From Eledone cirrhosa (taxonomy: Eukaryota), in assembly GCA_964016885.1 (NCBI GenBank), contig OZ024743.1, forward strand, positions 260,090,001-260,154,000: 64,000 bases of DNA, given 5' to 3'. Under the pieces are notes generated by a model. The model searched no databases. It was not told the origin of the DNA and worked only from the letters and a program-made list of their open reading frames with translations. How positions within the stretch are numbered: position 1 is the first letter of the stretch; each line of letters opens with the position of its first letter. This document shows positions 50,701-62,250 of the stretch, piece by piece. The position numbers and the translations under genes are program-made.

Positions 50701-53700
50701 GATGGGGCAATTTTGAAATTCTCATGAGTGGAGAAAATATCTATGGAGTTTTGATATTTAAAATGCTTTAAGTGACATTTAGATTTTAGTTTTACAACTC
50801 CATTACAATGATTTTTTTTTTATCAATTTCTGATCTGTTTTGAAGGCCATATTCATTCAAAACACATGAAAAAAAAAGGATAAAAAACAAAATTTCACCT
50901 TTTTTATGTAGAATTTGAAGTTGGTGAAAATCGGCAATATATTTACATTGAATATATAACAATCCCCAGTTTACTATCAACATTTTTATCACTTATTTCT
51001 TGGCTTATATGATACTTCATTCATTACATATCTTCACATATAAATAATATAAATATAAAAGCAAGAGATAACCAGCCACGTTAGAGTTGGTGGCTTAACA
51101 CTGCAAGTGTATTCATTCATTTAGAGAAATTCATGTATATCATCTCAAAGTTTGGCCCTCCTCTTCAGGGCCCCAAAGTATTTCAGCTTGAGCAATTACT
51201 GGCTTAGGTGAACCCCACAACGTGATGCTGCTACAGAAATACACACACACAATATGGACTGGCCTCAAGCTAAAGACCAACAACAATAAAAAAACAAGTT
51301 TGTGAAATATCTTCGTCAGTGACTTAAATTCATTGAAGACCATCAAAGAAACCAGTTAATAAAACTTTTATAAACTACAACCAACTTGTTAGGTTGACTT
51401 AATGATTGCTTAAATACAAGAAGCTTACCAACCTTGCAAGCAGAATAGGCTGTTAAAAGGGGGCAGCTCATGGTACCAGAAGCAGAAGCCACATTGATGA
51501 TTACACCACCACCTTTTCCAACCATTTTCGGTAAAACAAGACTTGTCATCTAAAAATAAAAAAAATAAAAACAATAAGATTTTTAAACACATAACACTGC
51601 AAGAAAAAAGACATCTTTAATATGTGAAGATAAAATGACAAGAAATGTTCATATAATTGTTTCTACTTTTGGCACAAGGCCAGCAATTATCCCAGTGTAT
51701 TACTGGTACTTTATTTTATCGACCCAGTAAGGATGAAAGGCAAAGCTAACCTCGACGGGATTTGAACTCAGACCGTAAAGGGGCGTAACTATGCTAGAAA
51801 GCATGGTGTCCGACCCTCTACCGATACTGCCAATCCACCGCATAATGTGCTGCTTACAGATATCAATATCCTACATGTAAAGAGCTATGTTGAGTGTGCT
51901 GATAGAAATGTATAGGACACAAGGCAATATTCAGCACACTAGACATCATTGCACCACCCAATACACAATGCCTGCCCGACACACTGAATACAATGCCTGC
52001 CTGACACACTGAATGCAAAGCCTGCCGGACAGTGAAGGCAATGTATATTGTGCTTAAAGAAGAGTAGAATGGTTCTAAAGTAATCTGAAGAGCACCTAAA
52101 ACAAACCAAAGTGCAAAGGCAATGTACTGCTCAAAAACAAGAAATGCATACATAGGTTCCAATTTTGACATGGTGCCTACAGCTGGATGACCTTTATTAT
52201 GCAAACTAATTTACAGAGTGTACTGCATGAATTTTATCACTAGGGAGGTTGTCATGTCATTGCCACAACTGAAGAGTTCAGTCAACCCTTTGACAAAGTT
52301 TAAATAGCTATAAGTTAGAAACTTATAGCTACAGAAGATGTGTAACAGAAGAAGTGTAACTTTCTCTGATGAAGATCTAAGAAGTCTTGAAACTAATCAG
52401 ATTAATGCCACATGTTCTGCCTATTAAGAGATAAACATCTGGTGAAAATATTTTCTTTACTGCTCACAGCATTGCTAAAATTCCATACTTATTAAAAGAA
52501 GCATAACTTGTAATTTATAAGAATACTTTATGAAATTTTAGTAGGCGCTCACCATTGTCATAGAGATAATATTGATCCAAATCAAATCAAGGAGTGTCTA
52601 AAATAGAAGAAATACAAAGTGAAAATATGACAACAAAATACAAATATATTCATAAATATAATTTAAAATCAAAATACTTACACACAAATTTATTTATGTG
52701 TAAGTATTTTATATATATATACATATACATATATGGAGGCACATGGCTTAGTGGTTAGAGCATTGGGCTTGCAATCGAAAGGTTGTGAGTTCAATTCTCA
52801 GACCGGGTGATGTGTTGTTTCCTTGAGCAAGACACTTTATTTCACATTGCTTCAGTTTACTTAGCTGTAGAAATGAGATGATAGGGACTGGGGTCCATAT
52901 CATTCCACTGCAAAGTGGTCGTGGAGGTGCCACGGAAAAAAAAGCACCCAGCACTCACTGTAAATGAGGTTGGTGTTAGGAAGGGCATCCAGCTGTAGAA
53001 ATCAAGCCAGAATCAGTTCCCATCCCACCCTTGCAAGCAGGGAAAAAGCGGACGTAAAATGAAATGATGAAAATGAAAAGATGATACATATAATTTATTA
53101 ACACATTACATAAATATTTCTTCTCAGAGATATAAAGACCACCTTCAGTCACGAATGACCATGGGTTTTGCACCTAGAAAGTTTCCCTCTGAAGCACAAG
53201 ACTGGTTAAGGTGTTTTTGTGAAAGACCAGCAGTCGCCCATGCATACCAGTCTTCCCTCTCCTTGCCACCAATATCATACAAGGGAGAGGAAAAAGTCGA
53301 TACAGCTTGGCACCAGTACGTCATAGCATATATATATATATATATATCGAAAGTCGATCGTCAAATCGGACCAAGGGACCAATGTTTCCACTGGTCTTTC
53401 CAATTGCTAATACTATCTATCAGTCGCAACTCCAGGTAGAAGGAGCAACATGAAATAAAGAGTCTTGCTCAAGAACATAACGCATCACCCGGTCCAGGGA
53501 TCGATGATTTCTCTCGAATGAAACAGCTCTAGTCCTGTAGAAGCCATTTCTATATTAAATATATATATATATATACTATACATGCACACTTTAAAGTATA
53601 TATACACGATATGTGATGTCCCAAGAGAAACTGAAAGGCCAATACAACTTGGTACCAGTGACATCTGAGAGAACTGGAGTAGCAGCAAATAAGGTGTCTT

Positions 53701-56700
53701 GCTCAAGGACACAACACATCACCCAGTCTGGTAATCAAACTGAAAACCATGACTGTAAATCCAACTCTAACCACTAAGCCATGCACTTTCACACATGCAT
53801 ATATTTTACAACTAATACATTATACACACATTTATACATATATTTTACAATTAATACATTTAGGCATTCATATTTATACACATGCTATGACATTCAAACT
53901 AGTTCCAATCGGTTAGTTTAGCAGTCAAAGATTAGGATATTCATCCAAATTTAGCAGTGTATAATATTTCATCACAGAAATTCAAAACAAAATTATGCAT
54001 ACATTATACATATATTACACTACATACACTATTCATGCATTATACATATATTACACTACATACATTATGCATACATTATACATATATTACACTACATACA
54101 CTATTCATGCATTATACATATATTACACTACATATATAACGGCTCTGTTCTTGTACATTGAGCTAACGCAATACTGTCATAATACAACACGGTGGATGTG
54201 TGTTTATGCACATATGCTCCGTGCTATACGTAAATAAATATATTACACTACCTGCATTATACATACATTACATGTTCTACTAATACTGCAAATTCTCCCC
54301 CTTTGCACAGATTATAATAATTGTTTCTGATATAGGCACAAGGCTATCATTTTTTTTTTTTTGAGCGGGGGAGGAAAGTAGATAAAATTGACCCCAGTGT
54401 ATTACTGATGCTTTATTATTTCATCAACCCTGTAAGGATGGAAGGAAAAGCTAGCCTTGACAGGATTTAACCTCAAAATGTAAAGGGACGTAACTATATG
54501 CTGCACAGCATGCCCTATGCTTCACTAATACTGCCATCCACCAACTTAGACAGGTTATAATAATAATAATAACAACCTTTTCTCTGTCTGGAATGTCTAG
54601 AAGATATTCTGGGTACTGGTAAGACATGCCCACATTGTTGACTGTAAAAAACAAACAAACAAATAAAAAAATAAATTCAATTAATAAATATCAAAACACT
54701 TGTAAGAAATTTGCAGATTGAATTTCAAAGATTAATCACTAAAGAAAAGCAGCTTAATGCATTTGTGTGTATGTGGATAGGGGAGGGAAGTGATGCTGAA
54801 GAGTAATTGTAGTGTTGTATACTGAACAAAAGATCAGAGATTGAAAGTCACAGAGAAACTAGCTCGCCAACACCAAGCTCAACCTTAATAAAACTAATGA
54901 ATGGAAACACTGTATCACTTCCATTTTAATGTTAAGCAATAAGAATCACATCCAACACCAATATACTATATACTCTAGCAATTAATGGAAACTATGTAAA
55001 TTTGTAACTCCAAACTATGGTTGCAAAGGAATACAGAAAAAAAGAAAAAGTATAAAAGTTATGTGCAAACAGGATGTTTTTATGAATATTTTACAACCAA
55101 ATGGGAATACACACAGCAAGATACAAGAATAAAATCATATTACCTAAAGTAGAGACTTCAATATCCTTTAAGACTTCTCTTACTTCATTATAATTCAATT
55201 TACGATCAGAAAAATCCAAAACAACTGTTTTTGTTTCAACTTTGTACCTAGTTTCTGAAAAAAAAATAGAGGGAAAAAACATCCTTAGAAAAATATATAA
55301 AATAAAACATAATAAAATTTCTTTTTTAAATTAAAAAAGACAAATTAGCTGAAAAGAGAGTCTCTTAGTGGTTACTTGCTCTACTAGAAATTGCAGTCAA
55401 ATCTCCCTCAAACAATGTTTGTCTTAAATAAAGCAAAGATATATTAGATAATGAAGCACAAGACAAACTTAAGAACATAAATAACAGTTGGTTACAGCTT
55501 TTGATCCTAATTCGATCTTATCAGAGGCGACCACAGGCTAAACTACAACATAGTAATCTAGAGAAATGGTAACATTTAAACATTTAGAACATATGGGTCA
55601 TGGCACGACAAATTATAGAACGCATTCTCCTGTCATGAAAGAAATGTCTTTTAATTACAGGTGATTTACTACATGCTCCTAAAATAGAGGTTATAGAGTA
55701 TCTATATAGTAGCTGAAAGGCAATAAAAATAAATAAATAAATAAAATTATTTTATTAAAAAATTAGTATGGTTTTGAATCTCATTGATGGGGCAGTAATA
55801 GGCTGTTTTAATCATGCCTCCCATCTTTGCTAAATTAAGTTGGGGGTCACGATTTGTAGATGATAAAAGACATATTAAATTAAATAAACTGCAACAAACG
55901 AAATTTGTTGGCGCAAGTCCATATCTTTTCCATTTCGAAAATGTAGTTTTCTCTTTTCAAATATTTGTTTGGCTATATTGATAGATTCATTACACTCAAA
56001 CACATAAAATAGCAGAAAACTGAGTGGAAGGCAGTATTTTTGCTAGTGTACAATAAAACTGATAAGTCAAGTTAAGTTATTGTATTACAGAGAATATTTA
56101 CGATCCATCTACTACATTTAACCTTTTGCATACCAAGCCACCTGAAATTACCTCTAGTTCTATGATATGAAACTGTTTTATCTAAAAAAATATTTCATCA
56201 TAATTTTATGTAAGGAAATTTTGTTTAAGTTCCAAACACCAGCTTAAAAATAAAGTTATATTACTAAATCCCGATAAAGTCTTGATTATTTTCAAATTTA
56301 ATTCAGAACCACATTTCATTAGAAATATGATAAGGAAAATGTTGAAGTAAATTTTTTCACAAATCACAATGTTTAAATACCATACTAGTGACTTAGAAAA
56401 AGAAGGACATATTGGATTATATAGTGCTGGATGGTTATGGCTGGAATACCTTTCATTATAGGTTTGCTTGACCATGCCGACCTGGGGCTAAATAACAGCA
56501 ACAACCTTGAAGTAAAAATGGAATATGTTGTTGAGCTAAACTGAGATATACAGAGTTATGTAGCCTGCCAAGGACCACACCAAGATAGCTACAGTAGGGT
56601 TTGAACTGTCGTCAATTAGCAACAATTAAACTATGACCAGAAAACTACATAACACTTCATACAAAACATTTGTACTGAGGAACTTCCACATAGATAGAAT

Positions 56701-59700
56701 TTTATAACAAAAGACAGAGAACACTCCAGTTGTATCAAGGGCATGACAACCTCCAGTGTTAGAGCCAAAATAAAACACACCCAGCACACACTATAAAATG
56801 GTTGGTGTTAGGAAGGGCATCTTGCCAAACCATGGATCAGGAGGACCTTTCATTTGTGTTAATCCTTATGTTACCATATTTCTAATGAAAAACACTATAA
56901 AATCTTTCAAATACTTTTGAAAATCATTCAAAATTTAGATGTATTTAGTAATATAACTAACTTTCTCTTTATTAAGCTGTTGGTTTTTGGAACATAGATG
57001 TTCTTATACGAAATCATGATGGAATATTTTTAGATAAATACAAACAGCATCATAGCATAGAATTCCAGGCAGTTTGGTATCATATGGGTCATATATTTAC
57101 AAAAGAAGATAGATATTTACCAATTTCCTTGGCAACAGAAGCTAGTTTTTCTGGTGATCTACTTACTAGAACAATATTCAGACCCATAGAAGCCAACTGT
57201 GTAAGGAAGAAATAATTATTATTATAAGGATAAAAACTGAAAAATTCATTTATAAATTCTATGACAGAATAAATAAATAAATAAATTGCAATTTGAATCT
57301 GTGAAGTGTGACGAGAGTTGTAAAGCTGACAAAATAGTTTATATAACAATGGAAGCAAACTTTAATAATAGAAGTAAGTAAATAAATAGAACAATGTTAT
57401 TATAGGTGCAGCCGTAGCAGTGTGGTTTAAATGCTCACTTGGTAAACAAGTTTAATCCCATTGCATAGTACCCGAGACAAGTGTCTTCTACTGTAGTCTC
57501 AGATTACCCAGTTTTATCTGTTGAATTTTATATGAAAACTGTGAAACCTTTCATATGTGTGTATGTATTTTGTGTTGCTTTATGGTCCTCAGCTTATAGG
57601 CTTGATAAATAGCGGTCGATAAAAAAAGTCCCAGACTAATGTGACATAGCGAAATTAACTCCAACAGAGTTATGTCCCATGAACGAAAGAGGGCAAGAGA
57701 GAGACAGAGATTTTAAACATACTAGCAATAACATTGTGTTGCTTGGATTCGTAATTAATTTTAAAAGGTTTTAACCTATCCACTTCACCTGAAATTTATC
57801 AAAACATTCAGTAAAATGCACCAAAACAATCGGCAATAATTGTAAATAAAATTAAAAGTGAACATTACCTGAATTATATGTATAATTATATGTATAATTA
57901 TATGAATGAATTATTATTAGAGAAAATTACTGAAGTCAAGTGATATAACATTTTACAAAATGGATAAAAATTAAGTTATAGGATAGTAATGTCTAAAACA
58001 TTGTAAAACTGCATAAAAGTATTATGTTCACTGCAGTTGCAGAAAAATTCGTCATGTTCAAAATACAAAATTTACGGAGATTACCAGAAATATTTCTGAT
58101 GTTAAACTGAAAAATTACCAACTGTAATACAGTGAAGAATGATGAAAGCAAAGAAAATACTGCATGCCACAGTAGTTTTTATATTTTATTTCATCGAGGA
58201 GGAAATTATGGAAGTGAACATATAACTTTATTTAAAATATAATAAACAACTCCTAGAAAATGTAGAAATCTCAAACGCAGAAAATAACTGTAACCACAGT
58301 TGACTGCGATAATAGCTTAGAAAACTCAGTAAAATACGCTTATAGGCAGAAAATTCCAGCTGAGTGCTCTGTACCATTGAGTTAAATGACTTCTGCCAAT
58401 GATCCATGGTACAGTGCACTCAGCCAGAATTGAATCGATGCAGCTGCACTGAAGCCAGTTTTGAAGTCAAATTAAATAGCCACAAATAAACAATTTGGAA
58501 AGATCCATGTTGCTTCTCCTTTGGCAGTGTAACAGAAAATGAGAAATGCACATAGTGCATACCAACGCCATTTATATGTGCACATACACAACCTTCAACA
58601 GAAAACTCTACCAAAATACTTCATTTTAAAAAGGAACTTTCTGCTTATTTATAGCTTGCACTGTTTTGTTGTTTTTACTGGTTTCATTCATTAGATTGCT
58701 TTCATTTAGTAGATTATATCAACCAGTTTTGTTAAACCCCTAAATTACGGAACCTGAACAGATACAAACATAAACAGATAGATATGTACGTATATATATA
58801 TATATATATATAGATATATAGATATATAGGTACTTCTTCTGCATATGCTTTACCACACATTTATAAATATGCTTCTGTAAATTTCCAGCTTTTCAAATTC
58901 CACTCACAAAGTATTAGTTAATCTAAAAGACTTGCTGAAGGTGTTGTTCAACAGAACTGAACCCAGAACCATGTGGTTGCAAAGTGAACTCCTTAACCAC
59001 CTAACAATGCCTGTACTTAGATAAGTTTTCCATGTAACTCGATATCAAAGAAACACCTCAAGTTTCTACATTATGTATTTTCTGTTTGAAATGTAAATAT
59101 CTTGAAATAATTCCATTCCCAAGGAAAGAAAACTTGCCTGATAATTTATCTAAACATTGAGTTAGAAAAACAAACACTATGTTGTTTGGTTTGAAATACC
59201 AGTTTATCTATCATGCAGATAACATTCTTATTGTATTGCCTATATAAGTTATTCATCACTTTCCTTATTACCTAGCCAAACACTACTTGCTACTAAATCA
59301 GATTCTTTTACAACATAGCTTAGTGGTTAGGGTGTTGGACTCATGATCATAAAGGCATAGGTTTAAATCTTGGACTGGGTAGTGTATTATGTTCTTGAGC
59401 AATATGTTTCATTTCATGTTAATTTTCATTAGAGGACTGTGGCCCCTATCATTAACAGCTAAAAAATCACCTATGAAAAGCAACATTGTAGGACAGCTAA
59501 CCTACATAAATGTACAACAATGTGTTAGGACAAGGGGTCCTTTCATTAAAATATCCAAAGCCTCCAATGAGATGTAACTATGTAGGCCAGCTAAACTAAT
59601 ATAGGTGAGCTGCGAATTTCAATATTTTATTTTAATATAAGACAACAGAGCCTAGCTCTTTAAGAATATAAAAAATAGCACCTAGTCAGTCCGCACTGCA

Positions 59701-60749
59701 AATTGGTAATGCTGCTGTCATGATAAAAAGCACCCAGTCCACTCTGTAAAATTAGTAGTGCTACTGCCACAATAAAAAGCACCCAGTCAACACTATATTG
59801 GTAGTGCTGGAGCCACTAAAGCAACCAGTCCAGTCAGGTAGTAGTGGTTGTGTCACAATAAAAAGCACCCTGTCAGGTGATAGTGATGGTGCCATGATAA
59901 AATGCATCCAGCACATGCCATGAAATGGCTGGCATTAGGAAGGGCATCCAGCTACAGAAACCATGCTAGAAAAGAACACGAGGAAAGTGCAGTCTAGCCT
60001 CAAACTGTGACAATCTGTCAAACCCTTTCAAATATGGAAAATAGATGTAATGCAGCAATGATGATGATGATAAACCCTTTAAAAGTTTTATATTCCAGAA
60101 TGAGGGGTAGTTTCAGGTGACTTTGAATTTTTTTTAACCCATAACTCCTGATGGAGTCGTAGGAGTGCCGGCATACAGCATTTCTTGGGCATTTTTTAAA
60201 CCTTGTGGAGCCCATCTCCTCTCCAGTTCTGAACACAGCTAATTCCTTCCAGATGAGGAGAGAGTGTGGTAGAGAGGAAATGAAAAATGACATAGAAGAA
60301 GAATCACACTGATACTAGACTGGTACATTTTTTATTGACCTCAAAAGGATGAAAGGCAAAGTTGAGCTGGAATGAATATAGCAAAGCATACTATCCAATG
60401 TTCTAAAGACTGCCAATTTACCACCACAGCTTAGTATCAAAAGTGTTAAAAGATTTGGTTTACATATCTATAATATACCTGTTTATATCTGAGGCCATTA
60501 ACACTAAATAAATTATTGTTATTTAACAGAATTGGCAATGGCATCTAATATGAAACATAATATCACACCTATTTAGTCCAAAACAAATTCAACTTAGCAA
60601 TACTGATAAAAAAATATACGGTGTCGATTCTGACACAATGAGAGAGAACAACAAAATGAACAGTAGTTAGTATGAAATATAAAAATATATATATATACGT
60701 ACTTCTTCTGCATATGCTTTACCAATTCCATCTGTAGATCCAGTCACAA
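41625..60749 (-). CDS. HSD17B12: Very-long-chain 3-oxoacyl-CoA reductase / 17-beta-HSD12-like SDR; 9 exons in the window, first coding exon upstream of the window
   Basis: Exons 60749-60703, 57196-57121, 55254-55144, 54641-54577, 52597-52553, 51549-51433, 50477-50412, 42255-42106 and 41732-41625 all have AG/GT boundaries and consistent phases. Motifs: TGSTDGIG (NADPH binding), VNNVG, NVASASG, YSACK (catalytic YxxxK), PFYVTTKMSK and a C-terminal KSKSQ (KxKxx ER retrieval). Confidence 0.93.
42106..42255 (-). CDS. HSD17B12: HSD17B12 exon: CVMPFYVTTKMSKLRKTSLMIPSPKSYVKSALTSLGISNCTYGYYSHNLL
   Basis: 150 nt, ttcag acceptor and gtgagt donor. Confidence 0.93.
43831..45039 (+). CDS. LINE ORF1: PHD-like Cys cluster, Q/P-rich repeats, coiled coil, RRM-like domain
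   Basis: CHIC...WVECGTC..VCLQC...FQCLDC; EEIRQMISALSQEIAEIKS; VIAIGVPE...RLGRPGPKPRLIRL. Intact 402-aa frame. Confidence 0.85.
   Translation: MGRNNKIAMVISIDEVCDKTGRCPKIEHCPEDHTCHICTEPENSFHNRWVECGTCRISVCLQCATGQNKKHHIATMDRLWEMVQLTNWSFQCLDCMPASPIAAEQQRPKIVFSTIVPEQQQQKPRIVSSSTIVPEQQQKPTTVASATTPVEGLHQQQQPMSSSPVTFQQQQPTTVSSTMPVEGEEQQQKPTVNTEFEEIRQMISALSQEIAEIKSSVRVEPHNEGSYRSALLKNLRVPHVEPRRIENATESANHEVIAIGVPEDIVDLQAFAASSSKDLGCAPAKGALRLGRPGPKPRLIRLLFSNSTEARSYLVASDKARRESRIAFRTRPGLPPDVRPKLRAAASLNRSSAEHESFSLRDDGQIWKFVKAGESWKRDTSWSENTVPTTTDNKETEKTLGN
45030..47844 (+). pseudogene. LINE ORF2 (AP endonuclease + reverse transcriptase), recently inactivated
   Basis: NARS, ETW, GDFN and SDH (APE); NYRPVSLTS, LDFAKAF, GVPQGSVLGP and YADD at 47044 (RT). 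One frameshift at about 46225-46232, an in-frame TAG at 46456-46458 and an apparent small deletion near 47412. Confidence 0.92.
48712..49186 (+). mobile_element. 5'-truncated second copy of the CR1/L2 LINE 3' end
   Basis: Highly similar to 47520-47950, including the 3'UTR and the TTCATTATTATTAT tail. Confidence 0.9.
50412..50477 (-). CDS. HSD17B12: HSD17B12 exon: AYVKRFSEGLCSEYSDKGVITQ
   Basis: 66 nt, taag|GCT acceptor, CAG|gtaat donor. Confidence 0.92.
51433..51549 (-). CDS. HSD17B12: HSD17B12 exon: MTSLVLPKMVGKGGGVIINVASASGTMSCPLLTAYSACK
   Basis: 117 nt; catalytic Ser and YxxxK. Confidence 0.94.
51655..51841 (-). mobile_element. Same tRNA-derived SINE family
   Basis: Same head, core and tail as the 22707 copy. 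Confidence 0.87.
52553..52597 (-). CDS. HSD17B12: HSD17B12 exon: TLLDLIWINIISMTM
   Basis: 45 nt, phase 0-0, ttttag acceptor and gtgagc donor; fills the SDR helix carrying the conserved Asn. Confidence 0.85.
52737..53075 (+). mobile_element. Second SINE family: tRNA head + core + RTE-derived 3' tail
   Basis: TGGCTTAGTGG A box, GAGTTCAATTC B box, core CCTTGAGCAAGACACTTTATTTCAC. The tail is near-identical to the sequence after the RTE stop at about 28720-28870. Related heads lie at about 32103, 59315 and 63190. Confidence 0.75.
53995..54133. repeat. 36-bp tandem repeat, about 4 copies (CATTATACATATATTACACTACATACA...)
   Basis: HYTYITLHTL recurs every 12 codons in the ORF track. Confidence 0.8.
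54577..54641 (-). CDS. HSD17B12: HSD17B12 exon: VNNVGMSYQYPEYLLDIPDREK
   Basis: 65 nt; NNVGMSY motif typical of the family. Confidence 0.92.
55144..55254 (-). CDS. HSD17B12: HSD17B12 exon: ETRYKVETKTVVLDFSDRKLNYNEVREVLKDIEVSTL
   Basis: 111 nt, phase 1-1, ttcag acceptor and gtaa donor. Confidence 0.9.
57121..57196 (-). CDS. HSD17B12: HSD17B12 exon: LASMGLNIVLVSRSPEKLASVAKEI
   Basis: 76 nt, acag|TTG acceptor, G|gtaaat donor. Confidence 0.92.
60703..60749 (-). CDS. HSD17B12: HSD17B12 exon: (V)VTGSTDGIGKAYAEE
   Basis: 47 nt, gtag|TT acceptor, GAA|gtacgt donor; Rossmann TGxxxGxG motif. Confidence 0.93.
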
Positions 60750-61238
60750 CTACAACAAGCAGAAAATAAATAGGTTAATTGTTTTTAATAATAACTAAAA
60801 AAAACTGTGAGAAATAATATATGGAAAATAAATCTGAATTTTACAGAATACAGCAGCTCTTAGTGAGAGGAAGCTACAGTAGAGAAAAGCCAAGGAAAAT
60901 TTTGGCTGAGGTGGTGAGTGTGGATTTCAAAATGCTAGTCCTGACAAAGATAAAGTAACGCGACAAGTGGAAAGAACCTGTGCTGGAAAATACACATCTA
61001 GCCCATGCATGCATGGAAAAGCAGATGTAAAAGGATGAAGATGATAACATCTTGAGAAATAGTAAAAGATTTTTTAAATCCTTTTCATACAATGATGTCT
61101 GAATGCCTGATTTTACAATACAAAGCTATTTGTTTGAAAGTGTCTATAGTTACAAACCGAAAGAAAGAAAAGTAAGGATGTGGAGGGTCCAGTGGACAAG
61201 ATGGCAAAAGTATTGTTATGGAGTAGCACCAGTGATAC

Positions 61239-62250
61239 CTACTCCAACCATTCCTTCCGCCCTGCAGACAAGACTGCAAAAGCATTCCTGCGGATAATGG
61301 CCAGCAACACCCGCTGCAACAGCCACCCCACCTCAGACATTCTGATCTTCCGGAGGATCTCAGCAGTACAGAGTCCAAGTATGCCTGAGGAAGTGGCCGG
61401 ATAATCCCCAGTATTTATCTTCATTTCCTCAGCATAGCGGGCTGCAATACTGAAGTTTGTGGCTGAAGTGGCATCCCAGATGAGGGATCTACCTCCTTCA
61501 AATGGGAAGAAGGTGGTTCCATTGGGGCACTTGAAGTCTCCGCGGTCAAGGCCAACTGGCTCAAGTTGTGATAGGAAGCTAGCTGCATCAGGCTCCTTCT
61601 CAATATGATGTTGAGAACAGCATGTCGGAGGAACCAGCTCTCTGGCGACAAGAACGTGGGTGCAGGCCAAACTTGTCAACGACTGCTCCGCAACAGCATT
61701 TATTTGACTCACACATGTGGAGGCTGAGGTGTTGGGCCACTCTGATGTGAATGCACTCATCAAGAACGGTGCCGGTTGATGAAAAGGACATCAAATTGAG
61801 CTATGCACCACTGTTTGAACATTTGTATACAGGAGGACAGAAAGGCCTTCACCTGTCCAGTCGGCCAGAGTGTGTCCAAGCTCTGGGGCCACATCAGGTT
61901 TGGTTGTCTAGCTGAGAACCTTGGTGATGAGAGCGTGACTGGAGGAGATTGAGGAAAGATAGGCAGGTAGAGCCATATCTGAAGCTGATCAGAGGCCAAG
62001 GCTACCAAACCTCGCTGAGAGCTTTACCTTTAACCAGCTGGCGCTGTCCAAACTGACATTGCAGATGAGATCCGCAGTGTTGGATGGTGGTGTCGAGTTC
62101 ACTTAGAAGATCTGTGTGGGGGTGATAAGGTGCACCGCGCAGCATGAATAAAAATTTGGGGAGGACGAAGCAGTTCCTCAAGAAGAGCACCAGGTGAGCA
62201 TCAATGAGACACAGCCTGTCTGCCATTAGGGACAAATCTGCATGCTTGGT
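61239..62250 (-). mobile_element. CRE-like non-LTR retrotransposon relic (restriction-like endonuclease type)
   Basis: CCGAVVDKFGLHPRSC knuckle, RHAVLN, EPVGL..DFKCPNG...LIWDAT, AARYAEEMK and QRVLLAIIRRNA motifs across shifted frames. Confidence 0.72.
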
